From positions 14,052 through 78,051 of the forward strand of contig CAXHJY010000850.1 in assembly GCA_964016885.1 (NCBI GenBank): a stretch of 64,000 nucleotides of DNA. The letters run 5' to 3'. The notes below the pieces were generated by a model. The model ran no database searches. It was given only the letters and a program-made list of their open reading frames with translations, and was not told the DNA's origin. Below, piece by piece: positions 13,006 to 30,017 of the stretch. Every line of letters begins with the position of its first letter. Position 1 is the first letter of the stretch. The stretch is from Eledone cirrhosa (Eukaryota). Both the position numbers and the translations under genes were made by a program.

Positions 13006-13535
13006 ATTCTTCTTCTACGCCCGCTTATTCCTGAGAGGGTCATGGGGGCAGATTCATCAAATATCCTTTCCACCATCTCCATCTGATCCGGCTGGATCCC
13101 CAAACGAGACCAGCCGAGCTAATGGGTATTATCCAACCATCTTCCCCGGGGCTTAGCCTGGGTCTCCTGCAGTCGGTTTTGTCCGTAACATCTGTCCAGC
13201 AATGTTTTTGTCTCAGACATTCTAACCACATATCAGTAATATCGAAGCTGTGATTTCTTAATTTGAAGAAGTAGCGGTTCTACGCGGAGAGATTCTCTGA
13301 TTTCTGAGCTACACACGCTATCAAGTAACGTTACTCCCAAAGACCCTTCGGAGGAATCTCATTTTAATTCTTTCATGAGACATTCTAATCACATGCCGTT
13401 CATATTGGACCTGTGATCTCTCAATTAGCAGAAGTAGTGCCTCTGCCTGAAGGAACTGTTTGACCCCTGTCAAGTAACGCTGCTCCACAGACCCTTCGGA
13501 AGAACCCCATTTCGCCTGCTTTGAATTCGCGATCG
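13006..13535 (-). mobile_element. RTE-clade LINE 3' fragment with internal partial duplication
   Basis: Degraded MRFLRRVFG..LLD...SSEIRESLRVEPLLLQIKKSQLR...KPRGRWLD; (GAA)n tail at 13006; 13370-13530 repeats 13215-13360. Confidence 0.75.
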
Positions 13536-13875
13536 TATTATATCGGCCAATTCATCGCCTAAATAAATAAATATACAAATAAAATTAAATAAATAAAATG
13601 AACATTTCCGATATATCTCAATGGGTTCAACACGTCGCTTCCTTTAGCTAAATAATCTATTTAACCAATACTTTCAAATGCCGAACACGTTGTTATTTCT
13701 CCTTTAGTTTGTTTATTTTTGTAATTTTTTCCCCATAGGTTTTGATGTCTTGTTATCATTCCGCCTAATCTAATATATAAACGAACATAAATTCTCTAGT
13801 TCGTGTTGAAACCATATTATATTATAGTTACATGCATATTTTATTATTGACGGTCTGATATAAACTGATCAGTCT

Positions 13876-14105
13876 ATAATAACAACAATAATAACAGCAG
13901 TAGCAACAACAACAACAAAAACAAGAACAGCTGCAGTAATAACACCAATAACAACAGCAGTAACAGCAGCAATAACACCAACACCACCACCACCACTAAC
14001 AACAACAGTAACAACAACAACAGTAACATCAACACCACCACCACAAACAACAACAGTAACAGAAACACCACCACCAACACCATCAATAACAAAAACAGCA
14101 ACAAT
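13876..14105. repeat. (AAC)n/(ACC)n/(AGC)n trinucleotide microsatellite
   Basis: Direct inspection. Confidence 0.9.
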
Positions 14106-14304
14106 GAAACCGGTGTATTCATAAGTATTATGATTACGTCATTGATCTTTATTCCGATCCACGCGCCATTTTAATAGCTTTATCATTGTTCTTTGACTAA
14201 AAGGAATTTGTTTTTTTTCAAAATTCAGTTTAGTTTAAGGTCATGCTGGTATTTTATTTTCATATACTGAATATTTTATAATTGATTGATAGGAAAAAAA
14301 CCAA

Positions 14305-18125
<3,821 letters not shown>

Positions 18126-18154
18126 TTTATAGGAAAAAAACACTGCATATATAG

Positions 18155-18280
18155 ATACGTTATGTATTTGTTTTGAAGATTCTTGATGTGAAACCGTGTG
18201 TTGAAACCGATATCTTTATATTTTAGTTTCGCCATGTCGCCACTATTGCCAATAACGAATGTCATGTGTGTTTATAACTC
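18155..18280 (-). repeat. Dispersed repeat related to 22186-22335 and 60417-60540
   Basis: Shared GATATCGGTTTCAACACACG..TTCA.AT.AAGAATCTT block. Confidence 0.65.
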
Positions 18281-18731
18281 GCAGATGTAACTTATCGATT
18301 TACCGATACTTTCTTATTGAGTGCTGCGAGCAAGCTCCAAATTGTTTTCTTTGGTGGATGTTGGCCGATCGCCGCCACTTCGATTTTACTAACTTCCACT
18401 CTTATCTCCTTATAATATATAACCAGCAATTTCTCTGTCTGTCTGCCCGACGCGTAGAGAGAGAGAGTGAGAGAGAAAGAAAGAGACAGACTACAAGAGG
18501 GGGATAGCGGGAGGGAGAGAGAGAGACGCTGGAAGAGGGGAAGGAAAGCTATGTCTTGCTCTCTGCATTACGATACATATATATATACACACACACACAC
18601 ACACACTGAGCGCGTCATAATGACGTAATGCAAACAGCCAGACATACAGACAGATATTATAAGGGCGCAACGTTATATCTATGTATCTATTTAAAAAGAA
18701 AGACTAAGAATTATATAGAGAGAACGCTAAA

Positions 18732-19330
18732 TCGCTTAATGCGGTCCCTAGGGTATTGAAAATTTGAAATAATTTTTGCTCAAAACACTTACAGGACCAT
18801 AACTATTACATGTCTAAAGTTTGAAAACAATCGGTTGGATGGTTTTCAAGTTTTAGTGAGCTGACAGACAGACATTCTCTGTTTTAGATATATAGACTAG
18901 CAGAAAACCGCCCATTCGGGTGGTTTTCTGGTAGTCTATATATCTAAAACAGAGAATGTCTGTCTGTCTGTCTCCCTAAAACTCGAGAACCACCCAACCG
19001 ATTTTTTTAAAACTTTACACATATAATACTCATGGTGTGTGACTGTTTTGAGTAAAAAATATTTCAAACTTTCAATGCCCTGGGGATCGCATTAGGCGAA
19101 ACACCGCATATTTTAGGCTTTAAATGCTTTTTTGAGGCATAACGGGACAATAATCCAGGCGATTTCTTCAAAATATGCATTTCTTATGTCGTTTAAAGTG
19201 TTTTGAGCAAAAAAGATTTTCACATTTTTTGCCCCAAGGATGAAACAGTTCAAAACAAAGCGAACGATCAATGTGTTCTTCCTTATCTGGCCTCTGTCTC
19301 TGTAATACGCATGCGTGACGTCCTTATAGT
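18732..19330. mobile_element. Non-autonomous Helitron-like sequences arranged as a ~370-bp fold-back
   Basis: Helitron-like 5' end TCTATATATCTAAAACAGAGAATGTCTGTCTGTC on both strands, radiating from the central hairpin CCGCCC-ATTC-GGGTGG; the minus strand reads CTAG|TC at 18900-18895. Confidence 0.65.
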
Positions 19331-19380
19331 AATCAGTCTGCCTCGTGCATTCCCAATTTATTATTTATTTTCTAGTATTC

Positions 19381-19573
19381 AGGGCGGTGGATTGGCAGTA
19401 TCGGTAGAGGGTCGGACGCCATGCTTTCCAGCAGAGTTACGTCCCTTTACGATCTGAGTTCAAATCCCGCCGAGGTTGACTTAGCCTTTCATCCTTACGA
19501 GGTCGATAAAATAAAATACCAGTAATGTACTGTGTATTTGCTGGCCTTGTGCCTAAAGTAGAAACAATTATTT
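19381..19573 (+). mobile_element. SINE family A
   Basis: High identity to 12258-12448. Confidence 0.9.
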
Positions 19574-19870
19574 ATTTTCTAGTATATTTTTCCGGCTGAT
19601 GATAATGGCGTCTTTTATTCTTAAATTGCCTTAATTCTGTTTTGTCACCTCTATGGTGGCTTATCTCTCTGCTGCGGTATCTTGGATATCGAGACCGGAT
19701 CATAGTATAAAAAGATATTTGATACGTTGCTAGAGTTTAGTTATCTATATTTTTATAGTCGTGTAGATGTCATATATCTATATCTTTGTGTGTGTATACA
19801 CTCACACATATATATATATTTATATGTATGTATATATCTGTATATATGTATATTCTTGTGTTTATATGCT

Positions 19871-19914
<44 letters not shown>

Positions 19915-20130
19915 GGTGTGTGTATGTGTGTGTGTATATATGTATGTGTGTGTATATATGTTTGTGTGTGTGTGTATATATGTGTGTGCATATGTGTGTG
20001 TGGTTGTGTGTATGTGTGTGGTTGTGTGTGTATATATATATATGTAAACATACGTGTGTGTGTGTATATATATATATACTTATATATATACATATATATA
20101 TGTAAACATACGTGTGTGTGTATATATATA

Positions 20131-20174
<44 letters not shown>

Positions 20175-20371
20175 GTAAACATACGTGTGTATGTACATAT
20201 ATATTTACATAATATGTATGAATCTATGTTTGTGTGATCATACAGAAAAAATACTTCATGATTCATTAATAAATGAGATATAACCGTATAACCAATATGT
20301 CTGGATTACAAGCATCAAGTGTGACTGGCAATGATAATGATAACAAGAAGAAGAAGAATAAAAATAATGAT

Positions 20372-20580
20372 AATAATAATAATAATAATAATAATAATTG
20401 TTTCTACTTTAGGCACAAGGCCAGCAATTTCCCAGTGCATTACTGGTACTTTATTTTATCGACCCCGTAAGGATGAAAGGCAAAGTCAACCGCGGCGGGA
20501 TTTGAACTCAGATCGTAAAGGGACGTAACTATGCTGGAAAGCATGGCGTCCGACCCTCTACCGATACTGCCAATCCACCG
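20372..20580 (-). mobile_element. SINE family A with (AAT)n tail
   Basis: Reverse complement of the family A consensus. Confidence 0.9.
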
Positions 20581-20775
20581 TTAATAATAACAATAATAAT
20601 GTCAGAAACCAATTTCCAACAGGAATCAATAGATTTATGGTATGATGCTGATCAAATCAAGGCGATGAACACATGAATTCTGTGAAACCCTGCACTGAAA
20701 CTAATTAATTTGCCGCAGACACTAGCGGCCTCACAATGACAAGACTTATAAATTATACTACATATACATACATGC

Positions 20776-20823
<48 letters not shown>

Positions 20824-20825
20824 AT

Positions 20826-20856
<31 letters not shown>

Positions 20857-20986
20857 TAAGTATATTTATGTTGTTTTAGGCAGACAAAAGCTTCAGAGTT
20901 ATTGAGTACTTATTTATGTGTGTGTACATATATCAATATGAGCGTGTATATATATGAACGCATGTGTGTATATATGTGTGTGTGTG

Positions 20987-21018
<32 letters not shown>

Positions 21019-21157
21019 TCTATTTGTGTGTATGTATGTTACTATATATTTATGTAAATATATATATGTATATATAATATACTGTATATATATATATATA
21101 TATACATATAAATATATATATACATATAGATATATATATATATATATATACATATAA

Positions 21158-21190
<33 letters not shown>

Positions 21191-21203
21191 CATATAAATA
21201 TAT

Positions 21204-21234
<31 letters not shown>

Positions 21235-21259
21235 CATATAAATATATATATATATATAC

Positions 21260-21323
<64 letters not shown>

Positions 21324-21462
21324 ATATATATAAATATATATATATACATATAAATATAATGTATATGTATCTTTATAATGTATATATAATGTATATATAT
21401 ATATATACATATATATATATGTATATATATATAATGTATATATATATATATACATATATATA

Positions 21463-21505
<43 letters not shown>

Positions 21506-21712
21506 CATATGTATATATATATATACATATACATATGTATAAAGATATATCTGATTATATATATATCTAAATGTCTGTATGTCTGTATATATATTTATCT
21601 GTAAATATCTGTAGATATGTATATATATATATATATATGTATATACATATATCTGTAGATATGTATATATATATATATATATATGTATATACATATATCT
21701 GTATATATGTAC

Positions 21713-21788
<76 letters not shown>

Positions 21789-21797
21789 GTATATATA

Positions 21798-21912
21798 TAT
21801 GTTCTGGCTCGTTAATTTATTAACCTGCCATTGAACCACACTGGCATATGGTTGGACAATACATGTTTCCCTAAGCGCTTTGTGCGTGTAGGGATATATA
21901 TACTTTATTATA
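21798..21912 (-). repeat. Short TA-embedded dispersed repeat (second copy 30575-30690, +)
   Basis: Reverse-complement homology TGTTCTGGCTCGTTAATTT...GTAGGGATATATACTTTATTAT. Confidence 0.75.
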
Positions 21913-21949
21913 TCTGTATTTATGTATATTTATATAATTGTATATATGC

Positions 21950-22071
<122 letters not shown>

Positions 22072-22185
22072 TTATATACGTATCTATATATTTGTATATA
22101 TTTATATGTATATACATATATATATATGTACATATATATATATATGTACATATATATACATATATATATATACATATATATATAT

Positions 22186-22335
22186 AACCAACCAGAAATT
22201 TATAAATTTGTAAATTTATAAATATATAATAAATTGAAGTGAAAGCAACTGGTGCGTGTGTTTCTTATTGGCAACATGACCCTCCCAAAGTATAACGATA
22301 TCGGTTTCAACACACGATTTCAGATAAAGAATCTT
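22186..22335 (+). repeat. Dispersed repeat matching the distal end of the Penelope-like element
   Basis: Reverse complement of 60417-60540 (AATTGAAGTGAAAGCAACTGGTGCGTGTGTTTCT.ATTGGCAACATGACCCTCCCAAAGTATAAC). Confidence 0.8.
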
Positions 22336-23139
22336 GCTAAACAAATTCAGAAACGATATATATATATATATATATGTGTGTGTGTATGCATTTACACATA
22401 TATGTGTGTCTATATATATCAGGTAAACAAAAGCTTCGTTTGATAGTGCTTTAGTATACAATCACGTACTAGACTGATTTAACCATCGGGACTAAGGTCA
22501 TGCTGGGGCAATATGGCAGCAGCTTTAGATGTTTAGATTCTGTCTGTATTTTCATATTCGTTCAGACGGAATTAAACACATCTATGTATGGATGTGTATA
22601 TGTAATTGTACGTGTATATGTAATTGTACGTGTATATGTATGTACGTGTAATTGTATATATGTTTATGTGTGCAGGTATGTGTGTATGTAGGTGTAAATG
22701 TATGCAAGTATGTATGTATCTATGTGTGTATGAATGTGTGTATGAATGAATGGATGTGTGTGTGTACATATGTATATATTTGTATATATATGTTGTGTAT
22801 ATATATATATATATGTATATATGTGTATATGTGTATATGTGTATATATATATATATATGTGTATATGTGTATATATATATATGTATATATATATGTGCAT
22901 GTATATGTGTATATATATATGTGTGTATATATATATGTGCATGTATATATATATATATATATGTGTGTATATATATATGTGCATGTATATATATATATAT
23001 GTATGTGTATATATATGTGTGTATATATATATATGTGGATGTATATATATATATGTATAGGTATATATGTATGTATGTTAAGGTACCTGACTTTGTGATA
23101 CTATTAATCAACAACACAGGCACGCATACACATATACTT

Positions 23140-23815
23140 ATCCTCATTTACATACACACATACGTACATATATACATACACACATACACGTACACACGCA
23201 TACATACACATATTCTCACGTATAGCATATGCTGCAATACACATATACATACAAACCTACATATAATCATATACACGCATATACATACAAACCTACACAT
23301 ACTCACACATACACACACACACAATCCACACACATACACATTTATAACCCACACATACACACACACACACACACACACAATCCACACACATAATCCACAC
23401 AGTCACACACACTCCACACATACACAATCCAGACACACATACACACACATAATTCACACAGTCACACACACACAATCCACACAGACAATCCTCCTACATA
23501 CACATACAATACACACACATATACAATCCACACACACACACGCACACACAATCCACACACACTCACACTCACAATCCACACACAAACCAGGCACACACAC
23601 AAAATCTACACACACTCACACACATAATCCACACACAATCCACAGGCAATCCACACACACTCACCGGCAATCCACACACACTCACATATACAAACCACAC
23701 ACAATCGACCCACACACACAATCCACACAGACACACACAATCCACACACACACAATCTACCCACACAAATGTAACCCCCCCCCCACACACACACACACAC
23801 AATCCACACAGTCAT
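23140..23815. repeat. Degenerate (CA)n / CACAATC microsatellite
   Basis: Direct inspection. Confidence 0.9.
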
Positions 23816-24164
23816 ATTTACACAAGACTTTCAACTAAGTCCAGATATTAAAATCATTTTTAGATTTAGATTCTATTTCAGATTTAAAAAAAAAAATCAA
23901 TTACGTTGTAGCTAAAATGATTTCCCTCTAATTAATTTCTTAATGACCCCACCCCCCACCAGCACGTGTATCCTCCCCCATGGTCCCCTACACTCCGCCC
24001 TCATTAATACCTTCACCTCACCCCCTGCCCCTCCCTACCTTCCTTCCTCTCCCATTTATCTTCCGTTGATGAAAAATAAACTGTCGCCATCTTTGATAAA
24101 TGTTTCTAATGAATTTCTGTCGCTTGTCGGGATATTTCGTTTACCAATAAATATAGATCGATAT

Positions 24165-25190
24165 TAATGGTGGTGATGGTTATGGTGGTAGTGGTGGTGG
24201 TGGCGGCGGTGGTGGTGGTTGTGGAGATGATGCTTGTGGTGGTGTTGGTGGTGGTGGTGGTGGTGGTTGTGGTGGTGGTGGTGGTGGTTGTGGTGGTGGT
24301 GATGATGGTTGTGGTGGTGATGGTTGTTGTGGTGGTGATGGTTGTTGTGGTAGTAGTGGTAGTAGTTTGTTGTTGGTTTGGTAGTTGTGATTATAATGTT
24401 GGTGCTGGTGGTGGTGGTGGTGGTAGTAGTCTGTTGTTGGTTTGGTGGTTGTGATTATAATGTTTGTGATGGTGGTGGCGGTGGTGGTTGTAGTGGTAGT
24501 GGTGGTGGTGGTGATAGTGATGATAATGGTGGTGGTTGTGTGTGGTGGTGATGTTGGTGATTTGTTGGTTTTGTGGTTGTTTGTGATGATGTTGGTGGTG
24601 GTGGTGGTGATAATGATGATGGTGGCAGCGTTGGTGGTGGTGTTATTGATTGTACTGCTAGTAGTGGTGTTGGTGATTGTTGTTGTTGGTTGTGATGATG
24701 ATAGTAGTTTTTTTTTTGTGTGGCTTGCTGGTGGTGAAGTTGGTTGTGGCATTGGTAGTTGTAGTGATACTGGTGTTGGGGATTATTAGCGTGATGATGA
24801 TGATGGTGGTGATGGTAGTTAAAGATGATGATGATGATGATGGTGATGTTTGTTGGTGGTGGTAGTGATGACTACAATGGTATTAGTGTTAGGGATAATG
24901 ATGAAGAAGACGGTGGCGTCGGTGATGATGATGATGGTGGTGGTGGTGGTGGTGGTGGTGATAGAAAAGATGGCTGTAGAGATATTGGTTACAGAAATAC
25001 TGAAATGATGATGATGACGATGATGATGGTCATAGTGGTGCTGGCGGTGGTGCTGGTGATGCTGGATGTGGATGTAATATTGGAATCAGTGACGATGATG
25101 ATGATGATGATGGTGGAGCTGGTGCAGGTGATGTTGGTTGGGGATGTAATATTGGCGTCAGTGATGATGATGATGGTGATGATGCTATTC
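24165..25190. repeat. Degenerate (GGT)n/(GAT)n/(GTT)n microsatellite
   Basis: Direct inspection. Confidence 0.9.
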
Positions 25191-25551
25191 GTATAGATAG
25201 TAATATCTATATTTGGATATCCCATTCATAAGAGAGCATCTGTTTGAGATATGTCTTTTATTTCTGTGACACGAAACTGTTGTGATTGACGTGGCTATCA
25301 GCATGATCATAAACACTCTTATCGTAACCCCTGGCTCTTTACGGGAACCATGTAATAGGAGGTTGTCAAGCCGGGTTCCACGAAACCTGTTCGAAAATAG
25401 AGTTCTATTAAGGTCAAATCTCTAGTACTTTTTCAAAAACAAAATTACATATTATTGCATATGGGTATATAGGTCTCTAGATATATGCTAAAAAAATTGT
25501 TCACAGCGATATTTTATATACATGTATATATATATATGTATTTTCATTTCA

Positions 25552-25845
25552 TTTTACGTCCACTTTCTCCCTGCTTGCAAGAGTGGGACAGGAACTGATT
25601 CTGGCTTGATATCTACAGCTGGATGCCCTTCCTACCACCAACCTCATTTACAGTGAGTGCTGGGTGCTTTCTTGCCGTGGCACCTCCACAACCACTTTGC
25701 AGATGAATGATAGGGACCCCAGTCCCTATCATCTCATTTCTACAGCTGAGTACACTGGAGCAATGTGAAATAAAGTGTCTTGCTCAAGGAAACACATCAT
25801 CCGGTCTGAGGATTGAACTCACAACCTTTTCTCCATGTGCCTCCA
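25552..25845 (-). mobile_element. Degenerate SINE (family B head, RTE-like tail)
   Basis: CAGCTGAGTACACTGGAGCAATGTGAAATAAAGTGTCTTGCTCAAGG and GCTGGATGCCCTTCCTA motifs. Confidence 0.65.
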
Positions 25846-25846
25846 T

Positions 25847-25892
<46 letters not shown>

Positions 25893-25955
25893 TTCACTAG
25901 TACACAATAAAACATATGTAAATGCTAGAAATAGATCGCTTAACCGTGTTAATGT

Positions 25956-25994
<39 letters not shown>

Positions 25995-26055
25995 CAGGGC
26001 TTCCTGATGATTTTTCCTGAATGAAACTGTCGTAGTCCTGTAGAAACCTTTTCTA
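25995..26055 (+). ncRNA. Minimal hammerhead-ribozyme-like motif (Penelope pLTR fragment)
   Basis: CAGGGC-TTC-CTGATGA-TTTTTCCTGAAT-GAAAC-TGTC-GTA-GTCCTG; weak stem II and bulged stem I. Confidence 0.5.
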
Positions 26056-26134
26056 TATTATATATATATGTATATATGTATATATGTATATATATATAAA
26101 TATATATGTATATATATATGTATATATATATATG

Positions 26135-26169
<35 letters not shown>

Positions 26170-26204
26170 ATATATATGTATATATATATATATGTATATA
26201 TATG

Positions 26205-26235
<31 letters not shown>

Positions 26236-26407
26236 GTATATATATGTATATATATATATGTATATATATACGTATATATATATGTATATATATGTATATG
26301 TATATATATATATATGTATATATATCTGTATATATATGTATATAAATGTATATATATGTATATATATATGTATATATATGTGTATATGTATATATATGTG
26401 TATATAT

Positions 26408-26445
<38 letters not shown>

Positions 26446-26482
26446 GTATATATGTATCTATATATATGTATATGTATATATG

Positions 26483-26531
<49 letters not shown>

Positions 26532-26571
26532 GTATATGTGTATATATATATATACATATATATATATATAA

Positions 26572-26757
26572 TAAGAAAATACGGAATAGTTTCAGATGTT
26601 AAAGTGCTTTATTGAAAAGACTGGTACATATTTCTATGACGAAAGTGGCCACGTGATTCCGCCTAAGCAATGCCATGACCATCAAGTCATTGAAATATGT
26701 ATCACAGCCTTATCAATAAAAGACTTAAACATCTGAAACTATTTCGTATTTTCTTAT
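26572..26757. repeat. Imperfect inverted repeat (~65-bp arms) in a TA tract
   Basis: AAGAAAATACGGAATAGTTTCAGATGTTAAAG... pairs with ...CTTAAACATCTGAAACTATTTCGTATTTTCTT. Confidence 0.7.
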
Positions 26758-26979
26758 TCTAAATATGCTCCCTCATTCCGATGTGGAAAAAGAACGTAGA
26801 GTGCTTGATCTGAATTGCATCAATATTTACTGCAAGTATATATATATATATATATACAACCCCCCCCCCCCCCCACACACACACACAATCACACACACAC
26901 ACATATATATTACTTCCACAAGAGTGAAATTAATAACACTTTATACAATTGTTCTGTGCGACACTTTTTAATGTATGTG

Positions 26980-27010
<31 letters not shown>

Positions 27011-27503
27011 GTATAATAAATGCATATATCTATTATATATATGTGTGTGTATAGAATATGCACATATATGTATTATATATATATATATATGGGCTTGCAT
27101 CATACATATACGAGTATATATATCTGATTATGTTTTTAAGTATATATACATACATATTGACATATTCACAAATCTACTTTGTTTGTCTAGATATATTTTC
27201 TTCTTTTACTTTGATCTCCGAAAGTGAGAGGAAATCAGATTTTTATCTATATCTTATTGATCTCTTATTACATATACTTTTCTTGTTGCTTATACCCCGA
27301 TCTTCGACCTATCTGGTAAAGAGCCAAATACCTTGGAAACTACATATGCGTAGAGTTGTCGGCTGTGACTTGTATTGGCCCACAAATCGAAGGTTTTAAC
27401 CCGATTCGTATCATCTACTGCCACATTTCTAGCTATATTTGACTTATCATTTACAGATTTTCAATATGAAATATTGTTGTCACACATCTGACGAATATAT
27501 ATT

Positions 27504-27534
<31 letters not shown>

Positions 27535-28564
27535 GTTACTCACTCCGCTACACGCACGCGCACACACACACACATATATATTTATATATATATATGTATA
27601 TTATATATATATATATGTATGTGATATATATATATATGTGTGTATATATTTATGTATATACATATATTTTTATATCCAGATATATTATGTATTTATATGC
27701 ATTTATATACATAAATATGCATTTATATACCTATATATGCATATATATACCTATATATGCATATGTATATACAAATGTATATATATATAGATATATATAC
27801 AGATATGTATATGCATATATATATACAAATGTATATATATAGATATATATACAGATATATATATACATATATATATACAAATGTATATATATATATAAAT
27901 ACATATATATACAAATATATATATGCATATATATATATATTTGTATATATATATATATGTATATAGATACAAATATATATATATATATATATACATATAT
28001 ATACAAATATATATATATATATATACATATATATTCAGATATATATATATGCATATAAATATATACATATATACTTATTCATACGTATATATATATATAT
28101 ATATATATGTATTTATTTACGTATATATACATATGTTGAAAAATATACAGATAACTAAATACAAATAAATAGATATATGGCTATGGAGCGAGATTTAGAT
28201 GGATATCGATACATAACTTGAGATATAGATACCGATAGATCGATATAATTTCAGACATAATTTGATGATATGAACAATCACGAAATTTCGACATTCGGTA
28301 AACATGTTATAATAAATATATAATTATATTCTAGAGAACGGTGTTTTAAATATACAAACAAGAAAATTGCAGACAATTTGAGACGCTGTCGCTGAGCAAA
28401 CCGTGTAAAAGAATATAAGTAATAGTTATTAGAAACTATTATTGCTGGATAAATATTATGCATGTAGAATGTGTAATCACTGATATGTATATATACACAA
28501 TGACGCCAATGGAAATATATATATATATATGTATAAATGTATATGAATGTATATTTGTATATGA

Positions 28565-28615
<51 letters not shown>

Positions 28616-28772
28616 TGTATATATATATATATATATATATATGAATGTATATATATATATATATATGAATGTATATATATATATATATATATATATGAAT
28701 GTATATATATATATATATATGAATGTATATATATATATATATATATATGAATGTATATATATATATATATGA

Positions 28773-28815
<43 letters not shown>

Positions 28816-29118
28816 TGTATATATATATATATGCATGTATGTGAACGTAACTCTCTCCCTCTCACCCCCCTCTCTCTCTCTCTCCTTCTCTCTCTCCCTC
28901 TCTCCCTCTCTCTCTCTCTATATATATATAGATAGATATATAGATATATAGATGTATATATGTATTTGTATATGGATGTCTATATATATGTATATGCACA
29001 TATATAAATGTGTATTTGGATTTTTATATGGATGTATATATATATATGTATATGAACGTATATATGTATATCATTAACTAAACTAGTGTATATATAAGTG
29101 TATATATGTATATATATG

Positions 29119-29231
<113 letters not shown>

Positions 29232-29354
29232 GTATATAGACATAGAATATTCGAAAATATTCTGTATGTTTATAATAAACATTTTGAAGACCTAATCGCT
29301 ATAGAATAGAATACGTCACGTATTACAATTAGATTCTCGATAAAAGCAAGGGAA

Positions 29355-29397
29355 GTAATCTACGCGTTTCATTCTCGTTAGAAATCATCAGGACTAC
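29355..29397 (-). ncRNA. Type I hammerhead ribozyme, copy 1
   Basis: GUAGUC-CUGAUGA-U-UUCU-AACG-AGAA-U-GAAAC-GC-GUA|GAUUAC: 6-bp stem I, palindromic ACGCGU stem III; predicted cut between 29361 and 29360. Confidence 0.85.
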
Positions 29398-29664
29398 ATA
29401 TCCAGTGCTTTTATCGAGAATGACACAGCTAGAGACTTATAGAATACTTAGCTGTGTACAGGAACTGGTTTGAAAGAGCGGTTGCCGGTCCGGCAGAAAT
29501 TAGAAATTGGAATAAATGCTCTGAAATAGCGATATATATGTGAATATAGACATAGAATATTCGAAAATATTCTGTATGTTTATAATAAACATTTTGAAGA
29601 CCTAATCGCTATAGAATAGAATACGTCACGTATTACAATTAGATTCTCGATAAAAGCAAGGGAA

Positions 29665-29707
29665 GTAATCTACGCGTTTCATTCTCGTTAGAAATCATCA
29701 GGACTAC
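29665..29707 (-). ncRNA. Type I hammerhead ribozyme, copy 2
   Basis: Identical to copy 1. Confidence 0.85.
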
Positions 29708-29974
29708 ATATCCAGTGCTTTTATCGAGAATGACACAGCTAGAGACTTATAGAATACTTAGCTGTGTACAGGAACTGGTTTGAAAGAGCGGTTGCCGGTC
29801 CGGCAGAAATTAGAAATTGGAATAAATGCTCTGAAATAGCGATATATATGTGAATATAGACATAGAATATTCGAAAATATTCTGTATGTTTATAATAAAC
29901 ATTTTGAAGACCTAATCGCTATAGAATAGAATACGTCACGTATTACAATTAGATTCTCGATAAAAGCAAGGGAA

Positions 29975-30017
29975 GTAATCTACGCGTTTCATTCTCGTTA
30001 GAAATCATCAGGACTAC
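29975..30017 (-). ncRNA. Type I hammerhead ribozyme, copy 3
   Basis: Identical to copy 1. Confidence 0.85.

Noticed and set aside
13874-14122. Poly-Leu/Val hydrophobic ORF
   Set aside because: Reverse translation of an (AAC)n microsatellite.
24180-25225. Thr/Pro-rich or Val-rich ORFs as mucin or membrane proteins
   Set aside because: Unstructured (GGT)n/(GAT)n drift, with no ordered peptide repeat or unique flanking domain.
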